From: Camelus ferus
Taxonomy: Eukaryota
NCBI RefSeq assembly: GCF_009834535.1
Contig: NC_045696.1
Location: 52,392,001 to 52,456,000, forward strand
Length of the DNA stretch: 64,000 nt
Direction: 5' to 3'
The notes beneath the pieces were generated by a model. The model made no database searches and was not told the origin of the DNA. It was given only the letters and a program-made list of their open reading frames with translations. Positions 49,836-62,520 of this stretch are shown in pieces. How positions within the stretch are numbered: position 1 is the first letter of the stretch; each line of letters begins with the position of its first letter. Both the position numbers and the translations under genes were made by a program.

Positions 49836-51804
49836 CCCTCAGGTTCTTGCTCCCAGAGACCTCTCTGCTCAGGTGGAGTAGGGATATGAGTTCTACAGAA
49901 AGGCCCTGAATCCCTCTCTTGCACTGAGGAGGTACTGCCAGGATGAACCCTCCTCTCTTGGCTTGTCACTTGCTATCTTGTTTCTGTTTCTCTTCCCAGT
50001 TCCTTTGGATTGGTATTTTATTTGATCAGCTCTTAGTTCTGATTTCACCAGGGGATGTGATATTTCAAAAGTCTCTTAGGCATATTTTACCCACCTGGAG
50101 TTCAGCCCAGTCTCCTGACCCTTTCCTGATGCTTGAAACTGCTAGCCTAGGAGAAACATTAGAGAATATGTTATCATAAATCAGTGGCCCAATGAAGGAA
50201 TCTCATTTTTTTTCTTCACTTTTATGGGCCTGTTTTTCTTTTCTGTTTGATGAGATTCCACTGTAAGTAGGCTATTGGGCTAAACTGCCTTCGTAGTTCA
50301 GTTCATATGTTTAGAAGATGATTATATGATTTTACAGCATTTGGAGAAACAGACACTCACATTTTCCTAATAAGGGCTAGAGAGAGAAGAAGGTGACTCC
50401 AGAAATTGCAAAGAGAAGGCAAAAAAACTTTTGTCAGTTATCCCTTTCTCCTTGTAAGTTAAGTTTCTTCCTTAGTAAGAAGGCATGCTGCTCTGCCTCC
50501 ATTCCCCTGTGGTGGGTCTTCAAAAGCCAGAAATGACTCTTAAGTCTGACCATTGCATTATATTGTAGCTGCATTTGTGAGTCCTGATGGTGCTGCTTGT
50601 TACATTCCTCTCTGGCTTTACAGGCTGAACTGGAGTGAAAAGTGAAAATTGCCCCTAGCTAATATAGCTGCAGATATCGCTTGCCTGGTTCTTGCCTATC
50701 CTAATAGGAGTTGTTGCTTGATCACAAGAGGGTAATTAATGTGCCTCTCTTCCCAAGTGACAAAAGTTACCTTTAAAGAATTGGCTAAACATGTCCCTTT
50801 TACAAGTTCCAATTCCCCCATGAGAAAATTATGAAATTCATTAAAAATTTTGGAGTGTTCATAATGGGTTTCTTGTTACATGTGTGCTGTCAAGATACAG
50901 GGAAATATTGCTGAAATTGCACAATGCGGAGGAAAGGTGGCGGAATCGTTGGAGAGGGATAAAAACACAGAGAAAAGTTCTGTCTTGTTCTGAAAAAATG
51001 GAAAATATTTCTAGGGCATGGTGTTCTATAGAACATGCTGAATGGACAGTCCTGTGAAACCCAGAGGCAAACAGTAGAATTTTGCCCCACTGAGCTGCCA
51101 CTGTGGATAATATCTCTCCCTCTCTCTCTCTCTGATATTCTTGTCTCTGTCTCTCTTTTTGAACCTCTGTTACTGTCTACTTCTTGGACTCTGCTTGTTT
51201 CTCTTTCTCTTCCTTCCTTCTGTATCCTGTAACTTAACTTCTTTGCTTTAGTTCATCTCTCTTCCATTAACATATACATTGGGACCACTTCCTCTGTCTT
51301 CCCTGTGTGTGTGGCCACCCCCACCTGTCCTCCAGCATTGACTCATGGTGTTGATGTCCTATCCCACACACCTATGCCCACACACTTCCTGTTCTTCCTG
51401 GCTTCAGTTGTTCTTTTGTTGGTGTCCTCCTTTGCCAGCACTGGCTCAGCAGGGGCTTTCTCTGCAATTCTGTGTCGGTGTCTGTTTGGATCAATGCCAT
51501 TTTAGTTTGACATGTAAATAAAGCACCACTCAATGTTATTCCTCCTACAGAGCAGAAAGTGTGGAAAATGGTCTGGGGAAAGAGGCAATGCCACCTGACT
51601 CTAAACTCCGTAACATGACTCTTGGCCCTCACTGTTCTTAATGAGTCCTTGGCACATGTAATCTTTTTAATGAGTTCTGGGTCTTTCCCCACATTAAATG
51701 GTTCAGTCAGGAATTTTTAGTTTTTGTTTACTGTTTGGTATTATTTCTAAAAATATCTAACTTCTTAAAATTTTTATTTTATTTAATTCCCTATTCATTT
51801 TCTT

Positions 51805-51935
51805 TTAAAAGACTTTATTTTTTAAGTAGCAGTTTTAGATTCACAACAAAATTAAGAGAAAGGGCCTGAGATTTCCGCTATATCCTCTGCTTCTGCAAAT
51901 GCATAGCTTTCCCCATTATCAACATCCCCTACCAA
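51805..51935 (-). mobile_element. L1MC/MD-like 3' terminal fragment
   Basis: 'agcagttttagattcacaacaaaattaagaga...ccccattatcaacatcccctacca'. Confidence 0.75.
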
Positions 51936-53578
51936 ACACCTAGCTTTTTAAACTTCTATCTGTATGATTTTTTTCCAATTTGTTATGTCATTTCTCTTTC
52001 AAACTAAAACCATCCCCGGGAGAAGTTATTTCCATTTGTCTCCATTCTACCATAGCAATTTGTCTGTATTTCCATTGTGTATTTCCACTTCTCATGTTGT
52101 ATTATAATTACAGTTTATATGTATCACTTTAATTTGAGGACAAATTTTTATTTTTATTTTTTTGGTCAGTTCCAAGAAGCTTGTATAGCAACTAAAGAAC
52201 TGACCTTTCTAAACGTGTGGCAGAACATGATCATGCCTGTTCTCAGAAAGTCCCTAAATTAACAGAAATAGAAAATTCTTAGGTCCTACAATACAGGGTC
52301 AGATAATAAGAGTTACATAATCTGAGGTGGAGGTTCAGAAATAGAGGGATTACACAAGCAAGAATTTAAGTACCCAGAACTCTCACAATGAGTCTGTGCA
52401 ATTCTGCTTTGCTAAGGAGCATAGTTTTGTCCTATATGGAAGCACAGAGTGTACCTGGTCACATTCATGGCCATTTCTACAGGGTAGATAAACTCTTGGG
52501 AAACTCCTCCAAAAGGATCTAGCTGATTCCTTTCCCCATGCTGACTGCCTGCCACACTACCACCCTAGATACCCTACCCCACCAAGAAACAGAAGGAAGC
52601 TCAGGGAGCTTTGTTCACTCTGATGTAACCCTCTGCTTCTGTGATTCTCCTATCATTCTGATGTTTGAAAAAGTTTGAGCTTTCTAGACCTAGGTCTAAG
52701 ACAGAATTTAATTAATGAATTTGCCACAAAATCATAGTTTGATATTTTAATTCCCAGTATATTTACAGGTTCTGCCCACACTCAAGGAAAGAGGATTATA
52801 AAGGCAGTATACACTGGGGGTGGAATTCCTTCCTCATCAAAATTTTAGTTGTCTTCTTCCAAAACTAAAGTTGGTGTTTCTATGTATGGCACAATCTATT
52901 GGTAAAGACTTACTGATTTGTACTTGAGGCTATACAAATGTACAAAATATGATTCCTTCCCTGAAAAATTTAGTTATGACCATGTTAAGAAAAGAGAACA
53001 TTAGATAGGGGGAGGGGATTAAGAACATTTATACAAGTTGTATGGTTTATACATATACTGTAAAAGATAATGTGTGAGAAAGGTCAGTGCAGACTGGATT
53101 AGTATAGGAATTTTCCTGGAGAAGGCAAGTCTGAATGATGGACAGAAGCAGACATTGACCCATGTAGCAATCTTATTCCTCTGTTGGTTACTGACTGTAG
53201 GTACTGAGGACAGATAGCATGAAATAGTAAGAATACAGATGGTACAACAGAATTGACATGCCTGAGGGAGCTATGACTAGATAGACAAGTGGAGAGTACA
53301 GATATGGAGGAAGGGATTGGCAGGCAGTACAGGGACTGCTCTCCAAGGTTCTGGACCATAATTGGTTAATTCTCCTAGCCTTGGCTAATTGGTTCAAACT
53401 CTGAGACATGCTGAACCAGGTGTGGACAGAGGTGTTGATATGAGAAGCTGAAGAAGAGAGGAAGTAGAAAGTAGAAAAGTGTTCCAGTGGTATAACTACT
53501 GAGACCTATGACAATTTTCAAGTAATTGCAGAGATAGGAAAGAAATCACAAGTCATCTCAGGGAAAATAATGGATAAC

Positions 53579-54168
53579 TATATTGGTTTCTATTGCTGTA
53601 TAACAAATTCCCACAAACTTAGTGGCTTGCAAACAGCATAATTTAATATCTCATAGTTTTTGCGAGTCAACAGTCTGGGCATAGGTTAGCTAGGTCTTTC
53701 CTCAAGGTCTCATGAGGCAAAAATCAAGATGTTGATTTTGCATTCCTTCCTGGAAGTTGAAGTGTTCTTTCAAGCTCATGTAGTTGTTGGCAGAATCCAA
53801 CCTTGTGGTTCCTAATGGTTGTAAGACTGAGGCCCCCACACTCTTGCTGGCTCTTAGCCAAGGTACACTTTGAAATCCTAGAGGCCACCCACAATTCCTT
53901 GTCACATGGTCTGCTCCATTAGTACTTAAAATATCTATAACTTAAGAAATGACCCAGTCTCCTTTAAGAGTTCATCTAATTGGGTCAAGCCCACCCAGAT
54001 AATCTCCCTTTTGGTTAATTTAAAGTCAACTTATTAGTGACTTAATTATAGCAGTGGTATCTCATCATATTCACAGGTTCTGCCTCCACTCAAGGGGAGG
54101 GAATTACACCCGGAGTGCGTAACACAGTGCGGGAATTTGGGGGCTATTTTAGAATTCTGCCTACTACA
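53579..54168 (-). mobile_element. MaLR MLT1E-like solo LTR
   Basis: 'tattggtttctattgctgtataacaaattcccacaaacttagtggctt' through 'ttagaattctgcctactaca'; 5-bp flanks ataac/ataag; a related short remnant lies at about 52745-52830. Confidence 0.85.
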
Positions 54169-54194
54169 ATAAGCAAAAGAAAAATAAACTTGTG

Positions 54195-54612
54195 TAACAA
54201 TTTCTATAGTAAGACTCTTTTGACTGGAAGTAGCTATATCAATTCTAGATAACTTAGGCTACAAAGGAATTAATTGGACATATACTGGACTACCTTACAG
54301 ATTCCAAGGAAGAATTGGGCAACCAGCCATTGGGAGTAGGATCTGGGTAAGTCCTAGAGAATTCAGTTAGTGGATTCTTCAATGAACCAATACTTGGCCC
54401 AAAGTAATTGTGCCTCTTACTTCAAAAGTATAGTAAATTTCTGGGAGAAAATTTTAGGGTAAGTGTCACCCTAAATCAGTCAAATAAAACTGAGGACAGC
54501 GTCTCATAGTATAGACATAGTTTATGGGACCCACTCCTCTATACTGAGTATAGTTAGAGAAATACTAATCACTGTGAACTGTGCAGCTACCTCAATTGGA
54601 GTCTATGCCACA
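54195..54612 (-). mobile_element. Old MaLR LTR (MLT1K/L-like)
   Basis: 'gtaagactcttttgactggaagtagc...aaaggaattaattgga'. Confidence 0.5.
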
Positions 54613-57389
54613 AGTGAGGCGAAATGATGCAGTGTTGACATATATCAGTAAATTTTGTGTAGACAGCACGAAAAATGTCAGCTAGATAAAAATGAAGTGA
54701 TTAAAGTATTACTGTTGGTTAAGTTATATTAAAATACTAAAATTTTCAGTGTTATAAATTTTTCTATTTCTGATTAAAATATTGCATTTTAATTGATATA
54801 AAGAGCATTTAACCACACTCTATATAGTTTTATTTATTTTAAATAGTATTTCAATGTTTCCAAAAACTAGGATATCTACCCTTCCTGCCTTGGAAATCTG
54901 AAAATGAGTGGGAAGTATTTTCTGTTCCCCAGCTATTCCCACACCTGTCATACTTATGAAATGGACAGGAAGGCTTAGACAGGGCAAAAGTAATTTGAGA
55001 ATAATTTTGACATTGTGTGCTGACTACACTGTCATTGGAAACACTTCCTCTGCCACCATACTTCAGCCTTTGGCATAGGTGCGTTTGACATTGGAATGTT
55101 TCTGATGTTCATAAGCAATACTGAAAAATTACATATACTTTACTTTTGCTGAATGGCATGAATTGGAGCCATGTGTCCTGGGAGACTGAGGTGGAGTGGT
55201 AAGGTGCTGTGCTAGTGAGTGAGCACTGCTGACCACACAGAGCCTGGAATACTTATCTAAACATTCATTTTCCCTGTACTGCTGTTGTACATTTTATAAG
55301 ATGAGAGGAATTAATCGCAATGGTGGTATTCACCTTCGTTTCATTAAATTTTCAAGGTGTGTTTATTTTTTAATGATTTTATGTAAGTTTAATATATATT
55401 TATATAATAATAACATATTATAAAATACTTTTCTATAAATTATCTCTCTTGATTCTCACATAACCCTTTAAGGTGGTCAGGTAAACTCTATTCAGAGGGA
55501 AGAACTTAGCACTGAAATCAAATGTTATCAGATTCTGAAGCACAATCCCTGTCTTTTGACTTCTACCCCTATGCTTTTTTCCTCCATAAAAAATGTGCCT
55601 TTGTTTCTCTCTGAGGTTGTGACTGCCAGTGAAAATAACAAAAGCCTAGCATTAGCATACCTGTGAGCTCTCAATAAATATTCATTGTGATGTTTCTGCC
55701 ATTTTTTTCTCAATTGAGAGTCCAGGAATCTTAGTTAAATGCGGAATCATCCCAGTACGGTTCTTTCTTTTTGGGCTTTGTTCCTGGAAGCTCTTTGAAG
55801 CACAAACAAAATAGACTCATCCATTATAATTATTTTTTAATTTTTTCCAATATGGGCAGCAGGGAGAAAAGATACTGAGACACTGAGCGGTAGAAAAGAA
55901 GTGATACAGACCTAGTGACAGGTTGGGCCTTGGGGAATCCTGGGAGTCCAACAATGCAAGACACCAGTCTTAATTAACAGAGAAATGAATCGTACACAGT
56001 CATACACATAGTTTGGTTAAGTCTTCTATTCCTTTGTTAAGTTAAAAAATACTGAACATGAGTATATGTCTGTGGGGGAGTGATGCTGGTAACAAAGTGG
56101 GCTGGAAGGGACAGTGATAGATGATGTTTCTTGTATTGCTTTTTTTGACCTCAACAGTCTTCCAGGCTGGTAGTTAGCCTTTTGACTCACACTGTGTTCT
56201 GCTAATTGGTTGATGTACCAGGTATCTTTTTTGTAACTGAAAGACAAAATAAAATATGAACGCAGCATATCTGGTTTGTATTGTCTAAAGATGCAGTGAT
56301 GACTTTTAAAATACAATGTTGCCCTAGGGCTCTGTGTGGTCCTGAAATTCTGTTGTGTTCAAGATGTGTATAAAGCCTGAAGGTGATATTGTAGGATTAG
56401 AGAAAAGATTTTTGCTGCAATAAACATAGGCTGCTTTAGTGTCCTTCACATTATCAATCCTTTGTATTAACGTCCTTTCCCTCACCTATTCTCTTTACCA
56501 CCTATGATACAGGTTTGGAATCACCTCTCCTCTCCAGGTGATTTTTGTGATTTAAGGAAAATGTATCTTTGGTACTTTTTCCATTTCACTCTTTCATGTT
56601 CATTCTTTCCATTTTTGAGGTCCCCCCCCCCACTTTTTTTGACCAGAACAATCATTTTCTCCAGGTATATTGAAGAGAAAGATTATCTTGTTAACTAAAT
56701 AGCAATAAAGTAGTAGTAATTTCAGGGGGATTTGCATTTTGCCTTGCAAGATGAAATTTAAACAACTTTTGGATAGGAGAATTTTTTTGATCAGTCCTAG
56801 GTTATCCTTTCACAAATGAGAAAGTGGGCTCAAGAGTGGTTAGGAATTTACCAAGTTAGTAAAGGATGCAGGTGAGATTTGCCTTCCTCCAAAATCTGAT
56901 CTAATTTTATTGCCTAGCAATACTGACCACAAAGGAAAGAATTTCTTGCAGAGGGAATTTTTAATAATGAGAACTATAAAACTCTGATAGGTAGTGTTAT
57001 GATATCTTGCAAAGAACTCTCAGACCTCATTGTATTTACTTATTCTACTCAAGTAAAACCTTACTGCCCAGAACAAACTGTGGTAAAAAGCAAACCCTGC
57101 TTTCTTCTCTTTGTTAGGGTAGGCTCATTGGGGGGAAAAAAGGTAGCATTGAGTGGGAAGTAGAGCAGCATCAGTTCTGTGGTGTCCTAAGATCTTCAGT
57201 TTCTCCCTGCACACATGTGCTCTGGGTCTATGTTTACCACAGCCTGGAGAGAGTGTGTCTGGTCATGCTCAGCATGGGAGAACATAAAATAATCTACCAT
57301 TTATCTTTTTGAGGGCAGTAGAATCACTCTTTACCTGCCCACAAGTAGGGTTAGGGCTCAGTAGGGATGAATGGTGGGAATGAAGCTAT

Positions 57390-57608
57390 GTGTATAATAC
57401 TTATGGGGAGTCTGGTTATCAGCCAGACTCAGGTCTGAGGACTGACTTTGCTATTTATTAACAATAGGACTTTAGGCAAGTTAATTACCATCTTCACTGA
57501 TAAGATGAGATAATATCAGAGTCTAACTTAAGGGTTTGTTGAGTGGATTAAATGAGATAATGAACATAGTATGCCTGACATAAAGAAAGTGTTCAATAAA
57601 TGTTAGCA
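57390..57608 (+). mobile_element. MIR SINE
   Basis: 'gactttaggcaagttaatta...ggattaaatgagataatgaacatagtatgcctgacataaagaaagtgttcaataaatgttagc'. Confidence 0.8.
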
Positions 57609-60600
57609 AATTAAAATATGCTAATTTAAATAACTCCTATATGAGCTCCATGTAATTGTTCCTTTCAGTCACAGCACTAATGGTGTGGCTTGCTACTAAA
57701 TGGCATGCTCTGATGAAAGAGAGAAAAGAAGAGGGGATGAGAGCAGGCGAGGGGAGAGGAATAAACCTGGCTAAATAGCTCACAGACGCTAATATAACCC
57801 ATAGCCTCAGAAGAGCCCTGGATAGCCTTCTCTTGGACCACAACCTATGAAAGAAGCTCTGCTCAGCTGTGCTCTGGTAAGGTGAACTTGCCATTTCCTG
57901 CAGTCCTGGCTGTGTGCTTTGCTGCAGGGGTCACCTGGCCCCCACTTTGCTTGTCTCTGCAGGGCTGTCATTGTGTGATTCATAACTCAATATTAACTGC
58001 AGATGAGGGAGGAGTGAATAGGGGAATTTTCTTTCATGTGACATAAAGTAACTGGGATCAGGGCTTTTCTACAGAAGCATTAATTACCCTTGTCAGTCTA
58101 ATCAACAAATTTTACTTCAACCAAGGATCATGGTGTTTCATTGGCATCCAGTGAGTGTGCAATGAAGGCTTTGCCATTTAGCCATGAGTATAATACATTT
58201 AGAGTCTCTTGTGATTTATGATTTTCCCCCTTTCTATTTAAACTAGTATGGTATCTATTAATAATAAGCACACAATTCCAGAATCTGAGACAGAAGGAAG
58301 GTTACTGGTGGCAAGACCAGATTAGCAGAGTATAAGTTAATTTTTTTTCAGAATTCTCATTTTATTGCCTCTTTTACCCTTTTTTTCTCTCCTACTTTTC
58401 CCTTTATTGGTTGTGGAAACTAATCAAACTTTAGAACTGTAAAGAGCCCAAGAGATCCTCTAGCCTAATATAAAGAAAAATTGTGAAAGACTAAAATATG
58501 GTGAGTGCCCTGATTGATTCTTACCTTTGGTAAGGATCTTTTACAACTCTGCCAAGACAAAAGTTAATTTATGAAAAACTGATAGTAATGCAAATAATTC
58601 TTATTTCTAGGAATGCATCTGGTAGAGTGCAGTTAATTATAACCCTATGGATATAGAGCAGTTTTACTAGTTTTGCATTTGTAAATTCAGCATTCCTTAT
58701 CTGACTACAGTTGTGTGGCACTGCGCATTCTCTTTTGAACCAGTTGTAATATCTTATTGCTTCCCTTATCAAAATCTTGGATGTGTATGAGTGACATGAT
58801 TTTGCCTTTAAAAAAAATGGTGCTTTGACCCTACAGATGATATAACACAAAAAGGGAAAGTGAATTGCCCAAACTTTTTGTTATAGCATACTCAAGTCCA
58901 TGTCTCCTGACCCTGATTCCAGAAACGGGAACTTGCACCATGAACTCTTCCTTGATCTACTTGCCTGTATCCCACCCTTCCTCACATTTTCTAGGTCCTT
59001 CAAAGTCACACCATGTGTCCAAAGGACAGCTAATTGACAGCTTCAATAAGTACTTGGTATGTACCATTTTTCACCCAGTCAGGTGTGTAGAGATTACTTT
59101 GCAAAAGATAGTGAAAGTGCTAACTATGATGATGCTCTAAGGAGCTATTTGAAGTCCTCTCTGCTTCCTTCTCTACACCTCCTTCCCTAACTACTCAAAA
59201 ATGAATCTCCTCATCTGACTCTCACTGACACTTGGGTGAGAACTAGTACAGCATCATCTATTTGGCCAGAGGGACAGGTCCTAAATAAAATACAAATACC
59301 CTGATGGAGCAAATATAGTATTTAATACAGATTAGTTCATTGAATTATTTCCAGTTTGAACTCTAGATGAAGGAAGGTTGATAAAAAGAAGACTGACTTA
59401 GAGGATGTGGACATTTAGTGTTCTGGGGGAGAGGCTTATTATGTCACATTCATCTCATGATACCTGTTTCTGTAGTTTTGGTATTTGAGAGAAATGGTTT
59501 CTACTTGTATGTTGCATAACTCCTTAATCATTGTACCTTGCTTTTATGTATATTTCTCCCTTCACACAGGCAAAACAGTGGTGAGAGCTTTCCTAAGACT
59601 GAAGTGATGACTGTTGGAACCTCTGAAATTTATATCTGAGAATTGCAATTTAGTTTGCAAAGTTAAATTTTTTCTACAGCTCTCAGGGGTTGTACATTTT
59701 ATACCTTTCTCTCTGTTTACCTATTCGACATTAACACCTTCTTAAAATGATCTGTTTAACTCTGGTGCCCAGTCCTCTCCTATAAACTTTCCTGATGGGT
59801 TTCACGATAATACGTCATCATTCCACTAGACCCCAGGTTTCTGTTTAGTCATTGAGACAATTATCTACCAAGCTACTTAAACTAAGTTATAATCATCTCT
59901 TGTTACACTTAGGCAAATATTAATGAAGCTTCACATATTATGTAGTTATACAATATACTGTGGAGGTACTTAATTTGTGCAGACCCTTGCTCTCTGGATA
60001 TTTTTATGCTCTGGTGAATACCTATTTTTCAGTATCGCATAGGCATCCTTAAATTTCTGAATTAACTTCCTTCTACCTCCTCTTTCTTCCTTCCCTTTTC
60101 TTTTTTCCCATTTTATCCTTCCCTTTTTCCTTCCTTCATTCCCTCAGTAAGTACTTACTAAGTTCTTAATGTGTGTCCATCACTTTGCTAGTCTTGATGG
60201 AATATTCTATATCATACAAATTAAACATGTGTAAGTTAAAAATTTAGACGTCATGTGAGCTTAGAATATAAAAAAGCACATTTTTTGCCTGGAGATGATT
60301 TTTGTTTATTTTTGTAGGAAACATGAAGAGTATCATTTGAAATTCCTACCATTTAGAAAATTTAGATAGAAAGACCAACTTTAAGTTGGGTCATAACAAA
60401 ATATAGTCTTCCAGCATGATTAATGAGCACTTGTTTCAGAATGTATTTTTAAAATATCAATAACTATGATATGGTATATACATTCTGAGCATCTTCTATG
60501 TGTCAGTTCTCAATAATGCACTTTATATGTGATTGTCATGAGCAAACTTATTCTGAGACCCAGAGGTAATGTCCTTTCCTAGGCAAAAGGATATCATGTG

Positions 60601-60884
60601 CAGTGATAGAAACAAGAAATTCAATTGATCAGGCGCTTCTAATTGATTATCTTCTAGAATTGAGAAAAAACCTCTAAGATTAGTATTGAGATAAGATGTT
60701 TTTCAGGCCAGGACTCAAATTTACCAGTATCAGCTCTATTGAACTCTTCCTTTTCTCTTTCCTTTTTCACTCTGTATAGTTAAACAGTACTACAAATTAA
60801 CCTTTGGAAAACCTTCCTTGAAAACCCACGTTTGTTTTAAATTCCCCGTTATTAAACTGTTTCATGTGATAAGATACAAGAATG

Positions 60885-61080
60885 AGTCCTGCTGGATATG
60901 GAGAAATTGGAGCCCTCACATATTGCTGGTAGGAGTGTAAAATAGTGCACTTGGAAAACAGTTTTGGCAGTTCCCTAAAATGTTAAACATAGATTTACCA
61001 TATGACTCAGCAATTCCATTCCTAAGTCTATACCCAGAGAAATAAAAACATATGTTCACACAAAACTCTTATACACATTT
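60885..61080 (+). mobile_element. L1MB-like ORF2 3' fragment
   Basis: 'gatatggagaaattggagccctcacatattgctggtaggagtgtaaaatagtgc...ccatatgactcagcaattccattcct'. Confidence 0.85.
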
Positions 61081-61979
61081 GCTATGAAAGGACTTTTTTA
61101 GGCATACCTTTCAAAAAAAATTGAGGCCTACTGAGGTGAAGTACAAAATTAATTGAAAACTATGTGAATTTAAAATCCACTGAATTTAGTTATTTTTAAG
61201 AGTGAAAGAATTATCAGTTTAAATGCAAAGAACAGGGCTCTAATTAAATAATGCAATCAAAAACAAAAGTATCCCTCTGAGATGAAAAGAATTCAGGGAC
61301 TCAGGGAAAGAGCACCGTGTAAAAGGAAAGAGAATTCAAGGCTAAAAATGATAGAAAGAAAGGCAGAGAATAACACCAATGCTTCCCAAAACTCTGAGTG
61401 TTAAAAATCTAGAACATTTAATAAAACTACTAATTAGTTGAAAGCTTTAAAAAGCACAAGTATTTGAAGCATACATGGGCTTAAAAACTTTATTTTCAAA
61501 GAGAAATTAAACCTCTAAGAATATAGTATGTGTTATAACATATTTTTAGACATAACTATAGACACAAGTAGAATTATCATGTGTTCTTCATCAGAAGTCT
61601 AAATAATTTTCTATTTTAAAATTATAAGATAAACATATTTTCATATTATAATATTCCTGAAGTTTAAAAAAAATCGTATTGAAAAATGGTAGAATTTTCA
61701 CTCTTTTTTTCCCTTTGTTTTCTGAAAAGCTGCTATCAAAACAAGGGTGCTATTCAGTAGCATCAGAGAATTAAGAAAATTTGTAAATGTAGTGTTAAAT
61801 TATGGCTACAGAATGGAAGTTTCCCATAATAAAACTAGACTTTATTAGGCAAAGAAGGGTGCTAGAAATATGGGCCATTACAAGTCAGGAATCTAAATTG
61901 TGTTAACACATTGGGATGTGTTTAATAGCAAAACACTGGGATGTATTTAATGTCCATTTACATTCTGAACCATATATAA

Positions 61980-62150
61980 TTGTGCTGTCTAATATATGTG
62001 GCTATTTAATGTAAGTTAATTACAACTGAGTAAAATTAAACATGTAGTTCCTCAGTCACATCAGCCATGTATGGCTAGTGGCTACTGTATTTTACAGTGT
62101 GGGTACAGAATATTTATATCATCTCGAAAGGCTCTGTTGGATAGTACTAA
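61980..62150. mobile_element. hAT-Charlie MER3-like element
   Basis: 'tgtgctgtctaata...tagttcctcagtcacatcagccatgtatggctagtggctactgtattt...ctgttggatagtact'. Confidence 0.75.
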
Positions 62151-62379
62151 TACACAGAGCTCCCCAAAAGATACTTGGTTGTGCTAATGGACTGATTTTA
62201 TATCAAAATTGGTTGATTGAGGTTACTAATAAAGCAGAGTTTTGATACCAACCCAGGGCATTAATTTCACATACAGTTTTCTCTTCAGTGGCCATAGAGA
62301 TCTCCTTACGCTTATCCAGAAGCATCACAGACATGTGTTAATAGACCCAGGGACTGGAGGAGAGACTATAAAATAATCA

Positions 62380-62520
62380 TTTAATTATTCATTCATTCAT
62401 TCATTCAGCAAATACTCATTGAGCACCTGCTATGTTCTGGGCATATGTTTGTTCATGCTAGGTCCACGTGGTACTAAGAGGAAGACACTCTCCTTGGCCT
62501 AAAGAAGCTGTATCAGAGCA
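62380..62520 (-). mobile_element. L2 3' end with (TTCA)n tail
   Basis: 'attcattcattcattcattcagcaaatactcattgagcacctgctatgttctgggca'. Confidence 0.85.
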
